NCBI RefSeq assembly: GCF_006345805.1
Contig: NW_021823828.1
Location: 1 to 21,023, forward strand
DNA length: 21,023 nt
Source: Octopus sinensis
Lineage: Eukaryota
Reading direction: 5' to 3'
Each line of letters starts with the position of its first letter. Positions within the stretch are counted from its first letter, which is position 1. The translations under genes were made by a program, and so were the position numbers. Shown in pieces: positions 1-8,936 of this stretch. The notes under the pieces were generated by a model. It was not told the origin of the DNA, did not search any database, and saw nothing but the letters and a program-made list of their open reading frames with translations.

Positions 1-170
1 TTCGTATAGTGTTAGTATACATACGTATATGTATCTCTTCGGATTCTCTCCATCTGTATATACTAGGCTCATTGAACATTTTTCCCTCTTTCAAGCTTGA
101 GTAAATAGATCGAACAAATTACATAGGAAAAGTGTTTATTTATCAAAATATATCAAATCATATTTTATTG

Positions 171-520
171 TCAGTCGTCATCGTTGTGCCAAAAGCTGTA
201 TTCCACGCTTATTATATTTAGCTGGTTTAGAAGCATAAAAAGAAAATCCCTGTACCCGTTTTCAACCCCATCTAAATTCTTCAACCAGCGTCTGTGCAGG
301 AAAAATTGGTAATCTGTTGATGCAAGATCTGGACTATAGGCAGAGTGAGGCAGTTCTTCCAACCCCTCAAGTTCCTCAATTTCACGCTTGGACACATTGG
401 CTGTGTACGTTGGGGGCATGGTCATGCTATAGGAGTACGCGCCTTCGCTTGACCGCTGTCAGGTAGCAAGCTTTCAAAGTGTCATATAATCGCTGCATTT
501 GTTGAACTTCAATGTTAGCG
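171..520 (-). pseudogene. Degenerate mariner (Tc1/mariner, DD34D-like) transposase C-terminal remnant
   Basis: The minus-strand ORF 171-425 contains LPHSAYSPDLASTDYQFF, matching the mariner HPxYSPDLAPSDYxLF motif. Shifted frames upstream give QQMQRLYDTLK and GVLL*HDHA (canonical GVLLQHDNA). The two catalytic Asp codons are 109 nt apart versus 105 nt for D34D. Stops and frameshifts are present. Boundaries are approximate and the 3' end may extend toward about 61. Confidence 0.85.
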
Positions 521-951
521 TTCTCAGCATGAGCATCTAAGACAAGTTTAGAGTACAATGTACCCTCGAAATTCCCCTAAACACACAGCATAACCTTCTG
601 TTCAAACCACAGATTACTCTTATTATAATTACGACAATAGATCTATTTTTCATCCCCGTTTGAAATGTGATGCTAAAAACGGGTATCTGGAGGATACCCG
701 AAGCAGTTGTTTGCAACTGTTCACACGTCTTTGAGCTGCCTATATAAACTTTCATTTGTAATACGTTGACATCAGTAATTGTTTTGTACTATTCTAAGCA
801 TTTTAGTGTATGTACGTTCTAGTTTCTTCTCAAATCCTTGTTCTCGATCTATACAACGACACTCACTCATCAGATGTTCTGAAGAATGATATCTTTATTT
901 TTCTGGATAGATGTGACTTACATATTTTCTCAATACATTTATTCATTAATG

Positions 952-1026
952 CATACATACATACACACACACATACATACATACCGACATACATACATAC
1001 ATACATACATACATACATACATACAT
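952..1026. repeat. (TACA)n microsatellite
   Basis: Directly visible tetranucleotide array with a short (CA)n interruption. Confidence 0.97.
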
Positions 1027-1530
1027 GGTGGCTGCGCCCTCGTTATCGAGTATGGCCATTGCACGAAGCGTAATCAATGCTGTTATCGTGCAATGCCTGT
1101 GCAAGAAAATTTTTTTAAAAGTCACTAAGCAACAGCAGCCATAATCGGAAAAGAAGAACAAGTCAACATCATCGGTAACCACTGAGCTGCAGGTTTTATG
1201 TCGGAGTTAGACCAGTTATCTGAGTTACCTTCTCCTAGAAGGATGCCCTAACAAAGGCTAGGAGTCCTTCACTCCCAATAGTTTAACCGCACGATCGGGT
1301 AATCAGTCCGATTATTTCTATGTCCTTAAGACATTTATTGGATGGCCGTTGACTCTCAAGAGTCCCTCCGCCCTTTGACGGGTTTTGTTTTTCATCTCGC
1401 AGGGTGTCCAATAAACACCCTCCTCACCAAGCAAGCTTGGTGGGGTTGCCGGTTTAGTCGCCAACGATCCGACCATGCAACAGGTTGTACTGGTTTACAT
1501 GTTACCAGTAGCATTCGAAAGTGACCTGAC
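1027..1530 (-). mobile_element. Non-coding, highly structured retroposon-like insert (possibly RTE 5'UTR-related or a non-autonomous retroposon)
   Basis: GC-elevated block flanked by TACA repeats on both sides (long array on the left, CATACATACAT at 1530-1540 on the right). The minus strand carries CTAGGAGAAGGTAACTC, resembling a motif I recall from RTE-clade 5' regions (CTAGGAGAAGGAAAACTC). It has many perfect short stems and no credible ORF. Family and strand are inferred. Confidence 0.55.
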
Positions 1531-2255
1531 ATACATACATAGGCAAATCGTAAATAAAAACAAGAAGAAAAACAAAAACACAAATCAAAAGGACGGACAC
1601 TGAATGTATTAGACTTAAGCTCAGTTTAAGATAGAAAATATAGGGGTCTGTGATATTTCGAGCATGGCACTCCGTCAGAAAGGATAAAAAGGATAGATCC
1701 GGAGAAAAGAAGAATAATCCGACAAAAACACATTTATGCATATATAGATACATACATCACATATACACATACATGCATACAGGTGAACTGGATATGTAAC
1801 ACACTGCTTAAATACCAATCTTGAGAAATTATACTCCTCAAAACCAGAAAGAAGAATACTGATTCGAAGACCACAGATCCAAGCCATCACTGAAACTGTA
1901 AAAATCTGTAAAACTTTCCAGAAGTTTATCATTTAAGTATATATGAGAATGTCTAGACGTGCAAACATATGCATGAGAAGACATACAAAACAAAACATTC
2001 AAATCTGCACATTTACATAAATACAAAATATGGGGGTTTAGTTCACAGGTGATCTAAACGACTAGGTACGCTAGGTAAGTACTGTAACGCATTACTAGGA
2101 CACTAAGGTTATAGCCGAGTTGGTATGCAATGGAGTCATTGCAGTTTTCCGATATAGCAGATATATAATTGTTAAAGGGGACAACACACGATTAGGAAGG
2201 GCAGGTATCTCAAATTATATACATTATTATTATTATATTGGAAAAAAGATTCAAA

Positions 2256-2311
2256 GTCTTACAGCTGTTTCTGGGATGTCCCAGTGTATGGGATATTCTG
2301 TCATCGGAAAC
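2256..2311 (-). ncRNA. Minimal type-I hammerhead ribozyme-like motif (Penelope-like element type), degenerate
   Basis: The minus strand reads GTTT-CCGATGA-[CAGAATATCCCA TACAC TGGGACATCCCA]-GAAA-C-AGCT-G-TA-AGAC. This gives stem I GUUU/AGAC, core CCGAUGA (U4C relative to CUGAUGA), a partly decayed stem II, intact GAAA, palindromic CAGCTG in place of stem III/loop, and a GUA cleavage triplet. Confidence 0.6.
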
Positions 2312-2429
2312 AAATAAGGAAAATGAGAAGGGTATAGATTAATGAAATGACGACACAGAAGACACACGTAAAGAAATAAGTAAATGAAGGAAGAGAAGGA
2401 AAAAGAAGAATAAAAGTTCACAGTTCAAC

Positions 2430-2605
2430 ATTCCGATCTCGTAGAAATTATTCCATAAGTTCTTAGGTGCAATCCTGCGTAAATCCATGTAGGAAAAATA
2501 CTGTGTTGATTTTGTTGAATTCCAATGAAGGAGCCTTGGGTCTAGGTTAGAAACCGTCACGTTCTCTATTGGCAAAAAATCTTGAAATAAAACAGAATAA
2601 TCATC
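2430..2605 (+). mobile_element. Probable Penelope-like repeat terminal fragment
   Basis: Contains CCAATGA-AGGAGCCTTGGGTCTAGGTTA-GAAACCG followed by AATAAA (2587-2592), the layout of PLE pseudo-LTR ends. It resembles a recurrent octopus repeat from memory. Boundaries are uncertain. Confidence 0.4.
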
Positions 2606-2610
2606 TACAT

Positions 2611-3012
2611 AGACACAAGAGTGGCCGTGTGGTAAGTAGCTCGATTACCAACCACATGGTTCCGGGTTCAGTACCACTGCATGGCACCTTAGGTAAGTGC
2701 CTTCTACTATAGCCTCGGGCCAGCCAAAGCCTTGTGAGTGGATTTGGTAGACGGAAAACTGAAAGAAGCCTGTCGTATATGTGTATATATGTGTGTGTAT
2801 ATATTTGTGTGTCTGTGTTTGTCCCCCCATCATCGCTTGAAAACCGATGCGGGCGTGTTTGCGTCCCCGTAACTTAGTGGTTCGGCAAAAGAGACCGATA
2901 GAATAAGTACTGGGCTTACAAAGAATAAATTTTGGGGTCGATTTGCTCGAATAAAGGCGGTGCTCCAGCATGGCTGCAGTCAAAATGACTGAAACAAGTA
3001 AGAGTAAGAGTA
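2611..3012 (+). mobile_element. Full-length tRNA-derived SINE (about 400 bp; 'type A' in this annotation)
   Basis: A-box-like TGGCCGTGTGGT (2622-2633) and B-box GGTTCAGTACC (2665-2675). These are followed by a CORE-like GGCACCTTAGGTAAGTGCCTT, an internal TA/TG microsatellite, an AATAAGTAC...GGGGTCGAT block shared with the Nin/Deu-like SINEs below, and a (AAGAGT)n tail. Confidence 0.92.
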
Positions 3013-3205
3013 TACATACATACATACATACATACATACATACATACATACACACACACATATATACATACATACATACATACATACTTACACACATACA
3101 TACATACATACATACATACATACATACATACATACATACATACATACATACATACATACACACATACATACATACATACTTACATACACACATACATACA
3201 TACAT
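3013..3205. repeat. (TACA)n microsatellite
   Basis: Directly visible array starting at the SINE tail; it generates the YVCM/HTYI pseudo-ORFs. Confidence 0.97.
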
Positions 3206-3524
3206 GCTATAACAGGTTACCGGGCAGCGTAACAGACGTAACTCTATTTGCTTTCTTTCTGAGTCTGGCAATGTTCCTCAGCAGAAGGAGAATAAACTAC
3301 CAATGAATGAACTTCGAGTTTCTTTCCTACAAACATGGATAGCAAAATCGGCGTGAAGATGACTGCAACGGAGTATCAGCAACCATTGTTATGGAGGTCA
3401 TTAACGGAGGGTGGATTGGCAATAATGAGATTCCGGCGAGACCTTGTAAAAGCTGGGATGCTGGGGTGCAGGTGGATTGATTTCTTGGCTCCAGAATCTC
3501 AAAATCGAGGTACAGTTATAACGT

Positions 3525-3538
3525 TATATGTATATAAC

Positions 3539-3569
<31 letters not shown>

Positions 3570-3783
3570 TATATAATATAATTAAAATGAGGGTGTCTGA
3601 GAGACACCAAAATGCCGAAATAGCAGTCGAAATTCTGACTATAAAAACCACGTTAAGTGTTCATATCGTACCATGAGGAACAAAATATACAAGCAAAAGG
3701 TATGAATAATTCAAGATCCAGGATTTCTGGTTTATATATATATATATATATATATAGTATATATATTATATATATATATATAT
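3525..3783. repeat. Two interrupted (TA)n tracts (about 3525-3582 and 3733-3783)
   Basis: Directly visible, with unique sequence between them. Confidence 0.9.
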
Positions 3784-3972
3784 AGGGGAGAATTCACAGA
3801 AACAGAAAGACGAAGACAGCTGGTGTAGACAACAGACAAATGTATTAGTTTAACGCTCGAGAAGTGAAAAAGTCTTTAACGTTTCGTGCCTACGCTCTTC
3901 CACAGAAAGGAACACAGAAAGAAACAAGGTGAGAAAATAAAGAATGTGTAGTGGCTAGCGATCTGTCATGGC
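3784..3972 (-). mobile_element. Penelope-like-derived short repeat with decayed hammerhead-like motif, inserted at (TA)n
   Basis: Minus strand 3909-3874 reads CTTT-CTGTGGA-AGAGC GTAG GCAC-GAAAC-GTT-AAAG, with stem I CTTT/AAAG, palindromic AACGTT and GAAA. The element runs directly into the (TA)n tract at 3783 and resembles a common octopus repeat from memory. Confidence 0.55.
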
Positions 3973-4016
3973 CGAATGATACATATATACCAAATATAAC
4001 ATATTTTCATATATAT

Positions 4017-4047
<31 letters not shown>

Positions 4048-4048
4048 G

Positions 4049-4117
4049 TACTCTTTTACTTTTTCAGTCATTTGGCTGTAGCCATGCTGTAGCACCGCTT
4101 TAGTCGAGCAAATCGAC
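4049..4117 (-). mobile_element. 3' fragment of type A SINE, inverted
   Basis: The reverse complement GTCGATTTGCTCGACTAAAGCGGTGCTACAGCATGGCTACAGCCAAATGACTGAAAAAGTAAAAGAGTA aligns to 2937-3012. Confidence 0.92.
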
Positions 4118-4168
4118 ATATGTTTTTCGTTTTTCATTTTGTCACGTCTTTGTGACATACAGTAACCC

Positions 4169-4339
4169 ATATATGTATGTATATATGCATATATATATAT
4201 ATAATATATATATCTATATAGATATTATATTATATATATTATATAATTATATATATGATTTACATATATAAATGTCATATATATATATTAAAATACACAT
4301 ATACATATACATCTATATATATATATATACATTATATAC

Positions 4340-4370
<31 letters not shown>

Positions 4371-4797
4371 CATATATATGCATATATATATATAATATAC
4401 ATCCGTATACATAATACATATGTATACATATATATATACATATATATGCATATATATATATATATTACATCCGTATACATATATACATATGTATACATAT
4501 ATATACATATATATATATATATATGTATATATATAAACATATATATGCATATATATATATATATACATCCGTATACATATATACATATGTATACATATAT
4601 ACATATATATATGCATATATACATATATATGTATACATATATACATATATAATGCATATATACGTATGTATATGCATATATAAATATATGTATATATAAA
4701 TATATATACATATATATGTACATACATATATATATATATGTACATATATACATACATACATATATATATATATGTGTGTGGGTGTGTGTGGGGGGTG
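4169..4797. repeat. Long compound (TA)n/(CATA)n/(TATG)n microsatellite ending in a GT/G-rich tract
   Basis: Directly visible; it is the source of the YI/YM-rich pseudo-ORFs between 4272 and 4814. Confidence 0.97.
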
Positions 4798-5108
4798 TAG
4801 AGGCATAGGCTCAAAGACGATATATCAGTACAAATATATAAAGATAGGTAAATTAATAGATATGTTATTGTAAAAAGAATATACTGTAAGATCTTAATTG
4901 ATTGTTATCTCAAAGTAGTTTACAATCGACGTTTATAGAAATACAGTTAGATGAACCACAAGCAATTGTCCGTAAATACATGCACGTATAATAGACAGAG
5001 CCTAATGGAAATATACATGCACTTATACGGATATGTGTATATAAGCAAATGCACCAAAAATGTAAATATACACAAACGCACTCATGTGCACTGACGCAGG
5101 TATGCAAT

Positions 5109-5275
5109 GTATATGTGCATATATATATACATATATATATACATACATATACATATACATATATATATTATTATATATATATATATATATATTTGTAGGT
5201 GTGCGTGTTTTTTTTATTCCGTTAAATAATCGGTATATAAAAATATGAATTATATATATAGAGAGAGATAGAGAA

Positions 5276-5306
<31 letters not shown>

Positions 5307-5342
5307 TGTATGTATGTATGTATGTATGTATGTATGTATGTG

Positions 5343-5387
<45 letters not shown>

Positions 5388-5389
5388 AA
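5109..5389. repeat. Compound (TA)n, (GA)n and (TATG)n microsatellites
   Basis: Directly visible; near-perfect (TATG)n at about 5277-5340. Confidence 0.93.
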
Positions 5390-5689
5390 TATATAAGAAT
5401 ATATTTACAATAGATGTATGAAAGAACAATTCCTAAGAAAGGCCCATCCATCGGTAGGAGGCATTGTACAAGATGACGTCAAACCGATCCCCCCCAATGG
5501 ACGACGACACAAATAACTGTTTATTGTTCTTGATTTGTTCAAATATAAAATAATAGGAATCAGATGTTTAAACATTGAAAAGAAAATCAAATTTCAATAC
5601 GAACTGTAACTCTACATACTGCATTGTTGTTTGTGCATGTATATATGCATGCGTGTATGCACGTAAAGATTTGAATGTGTGTTTAAATA

Positions 5690-6089
5690 CATACATTCAT
5701 ATATATATAAATAATATATATATAATATATAATATATATATACATGTATATACATAAGTACATAAATAAATATATACAATGTATATATGTATATATATAT
5801 ATATATATATTATTATATATATATATATATATATAATATATATATATATTTATATATATATATACATATGTACATAAGTAAATATATACAATATATGTAT
5901 ATACATATATATATTTATAAATAGAATATATACTTACACACACACACATATATAATATAATATATTATATATATATATATATTATAGAGAGAGAGAGAGA
6001 GAAATTTTCACTTATATACATACATGTATATATATGTATATATGCATTTGTGTGTGTATACTTTTGTGTATGCGTGTGTGTGTGTGTGT
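5690..6089. repeat. Compound (TA)n/(CA)n/(GA)n/(TG)n microsatellites
   Basis: Directly visible. Confidence 0.93.
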
Positions 6090-6229
6090 AAAGAAGCATT
6101 CCTCAACTGATGCAAAGCATTATATTTTTATTTAAAGTAATAGATTAAATATAGAATGGAAAGTAAATTGTTAGATAAAGAACATGTACGAAAAGGCATG
6201 TAAGATTGAAAGGGATTGGTGTGCAGGGG

Positions 6230-6500
6230 TGTGGAGGGGTCGAACAGAGAGAGGAGTAGGAGGAGGAGTTGGAGGGGAGGAGAGAGAGAGGTTGTTTTAT
6301 GAAATTTATATTTCGAGGGCAGCAACAGAGGAAAAGGGAAAAGAAAGAAAAGAAGGACAGAGAAAAAGAAAATGAAAAATCAGAAGTAGAAGAGGGAGAA
6401 ATAGTAGTAGTAGTAGTAGTAGTAGCAGCAGCAGCAGTAGCTGTTTTTGTCATTGTTAAAGCAGCACCAGGTATAGATGAAGAAGAAAACGAAGAATAAG
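6230..6500. repeat. Purine-rich low-complexity tract with (TAG)n/(CAG)n
   Basis: GA-rich stretch followed by (TAG)n at about 6402-6424 and a short (CAG)n. Confidence 0.85.
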
Positions 6501-6594
6501 ATGAAATACATGAAGTTTTCTAAGAAAATAAGAATATCAATGAAAGGTAACGTTTTCTAAAGTTCATACAGGGTCAAAGAAAGAATGAATGAAT

Positions 6595-6596
<2 letters not shown>

Positions 6597-6679
<83 letters not shown>

Positions 6680-6687
6680 TGTGTGTG
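6597..6687. repeat. (GT)n microsatellite
   Basis: Near-perfect dinucleotide array of about 45 units. Confidence 0.98.
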
Positions 6688-6689
6688 AC

Positions 6690-6852
6690 GGGAAAGTTTA
6701 AGTCGATACCATCCATCCCAGTACATGAGTTCGTAATTTGATTTACCTGAAATTGTGGAAGGTACTATTAACTTTGTGGGATCTAACCTTGGGCCGTAAA
6801 GAACTGAAAAATATCTCTGAAGACATTTTCTCCGACGCTCTAAAGATTCTGC
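6690..6852 (-). mobile_element. Old, highly diverged Nin/Deu-like tRNA SINE fragment
   Basis: Colinear loose match to the copy at 10447-10672 (AAGTCGAT...CCCAGT...GACGCTCTAAAGATTCTGC versus AAGTCGATT...CCCAGC...GGCGTCCGAAGGATTCTGT). Confidence 0.6.
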
Positions 6853-7171
6853 TGATGTACAGCTCTAATCTTATTTTAATCATAATTCGTTATTTTAATT
6901 AGCTGCTAATAACAGTTTCATCTTTCATGCTTACAAAGATGAAACGCTTTTAGATAACGCGGATGTGGACACGCGTTAAGATTGGAGACTTTACCTGTCC
7001 AATGCATTTTCATAAGTTAATCCTATATATCCATGCTTGTCTACAGACATTTAGTTAGCCTTTGTTTCATACGTTGTGGGTAATGCAAAGCTTCCCTTTC
7101 ATTAGTCCCGAGATACTCTTGTGGCTGAAGCAAACTGAGAATGTTTATTATAGGTGATGCATGGACAGCGG

Positions 7172-7188
7172 ATATATATAATATATAT

Positions 7189-7223
<35 letters not shown>
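7172..7223. repeat. (TA)n microsatellite
   Basis: Directly visible; abuts the foldback. Confidence 0.95.
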
Positions 7224-7224
<1 letters not shown>

Positions 7225-7225
<1 letters not shown>

Positions 7226-7418
7226 GCAGATAAGAAAATGGAGATGAACAATAGTTGGTTCATCAACTTTAGGACATTAAAAAGCCAACTTATTTATTTA
7301 TTAAACTGATAATTATAATAACATATATATTATCAGTTTAATAAATAAATAAGTTAACATTTTTAATGTCCTAAAGCTGATGAACCATCTATTGTTCCCC
7401 TCCATTTTCTTATTTGCA
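7225..7418. repeat. Long inverted repeat (foldback), arms 7225-7313 and 7329-7418, 15-nt spacer
   Basis: The left arm and the reverse complement of the right arm align with 7 substitutions and 1 indel over about 90 bp (about 91% identity by hand alignment). Confidence 0.97.
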
Positions 7419-7570
7419 ATATAAATTAATGGCAAAATATCACTTTACCTTCACCCATTTAATACACTCGGTAATGTTATTGCATTGCAATAAAAAAACA
7501 CTTGTGTATTAATAATTGGGTTATTATACCAACAGTATATTGGATAGATATTATCCCTTAGTGGGTTGAA

Positions 7571-7573
<3 letters not shown>

Positions 7574-7638
<65 letters not shown>

Positions 7639-7649
7639 GATATATATAC
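7574..7649. repeat. (TA)n microsatellite
   Basis: Directly visible. Confidence 0.95.
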
Positions 7650-7932
7650 TGTGTAGCAGGTGTGATTCACAGGACGGGCAAAGGTATATATATAAACAAG
7701 GATGTTGGATGCTGACTTTATTCATTGAAAACATTTTAAAACTGGTGTGAAAAATAAAGACATAAGATATAAAAAGAACCAGAAAATAAAATAAACACTC
7801 AGTATACGAAAAAAGTATTTGTTTAAAAGTACAAGCTGCGATATTGAATGAAGATCTAGTGGGTTGATCAAGTTAGAGTAGCCACGTGACTGCCCGCCTG
7901 ACACTTTTCATACATGAGCATGGTGGACTTAG

Positions 7933-8231
7933 TGGAGGCACATGGCCTAGTGGTTAGAGCAGCGGACTCGCGGTCGAGGGATCGCGGGTTCGAATCTCAG
8001 ACCGGACGATGTGTGTGTTTATGAGCGAAACACCTAAGCTCCACGCGGCTCCGACAGAATGTAATGGCGAACTTCTGCTGACTCTTTCGCCACAACTTTC
8101 TCTCACTCTTTCCTCCTGCATCTTGCAGTTCACCTACGACGGACCGGCGTCCCGTCCAGGTGGGGAACCTATACGCCAAGAAACCGGGAAACCGGCCCTT
8201 ATGAGCCAGGCATGGCTCGAGAAGGAACAAA
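7933..8231 (+). mobile_element. Full-length tRNA-derived SINE ('type B', V-domain-like) with perfect 14-bp TSD
   Basis: A box TGGCCTAGTGG (7943-7953) and B box GGTTCGAATCT (7987-7997). GACGGACCGGCGTCCCGTCCAGG (8138-8160) resembles the V-SINE domain. The TSD CATGGTGGACTTAG occurs at 7919-7932 and 8232-8245. Confidence 0.95.
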
Positions 8232-8936
8232 CATGGTGGACTTAGACGTGCTCGTTAACATTGTCTGCGAGTGGCTAGAGAAGAAACCGTTGCAGCGTGC
8301 GGCGATATTATTGTATTATTGTTATTGTTTGTCACTTTCATGTTTTCTATATACCAGTCCTATTCTCGTTTCATTGTTTAATGACCGTAAATTGTGGTTT
8401 GTCGTCGTCGTCGTCGCTCTAGTGGTGCTCATGTTATCCTACACCTGGTTCAGAAAAGGAAAATATTAAAATTTTGTGGAACATTAAGTTATCTTCTTCA
8501 AATTGCTGCAATGATGATGTGTTTCATGAAGCTCTGCCAGGAATCTCTGCCCACATTAGCTTTGATAGGTCCTCAGTTTCATGCTATACGTCTTTGCCTA
8601 TAATAGCAATGTAGTTATTTTCGTTCCGTACTTGTCTACTCGTCTACAGTAGTCTCCTTCCGAAATATAACATCCGATAAGTTCAGCACGAGATCAGTGA
8701 CCAGCAAAAAAACATTAGAAGTGATGGGTAGAATGTGTCCGTATATTACTTCCTTGGTTTTCTGCTCACTCTGTGAAATGTGTTTAGCCCTCGTCTAGAT
8801 CTTGATGTACATATCAAGGTAATCGTGAAGCTACTGTACACAAGGTAATAAACTTAATAAATAAATAATAATCACAATATATACCTGACATAATTATCTA
8901 TTAAAGGTAATGATTACAATCTATAATTAATTAATA

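Noticed and set aside
680-700. Perfect 8-bp hairpin CGGGTATC-TGGAG-GATACCCG
   Set aside because: It is isolated, and a single stem of this size is expected by chance in 21 kb.
1440-1530. Possible HDV-like or twister ribozyme at the presumed 5' end of the structured insert
   Set aside because: By hand I could not assign P3/L3/P1.1 (HDV-like) or the L4 pseudoknot residues (twister); only simple nested stems are supported.
7378-7384. CTGATGA (hammerhead core) in the right arm of the foldback
   Set aside because: There is no downstream GAAA or stem II/III, so no ribozyme fold is possible.
7941-8000. tRNA-like sequences at SINE heads (also 2621-2680 and 9650-9706)
   Set aside because: They have A and B boxes but no complete cloverleaf or acceptor stem, and run directly into SINE bodies, so they are not tRNA genes.
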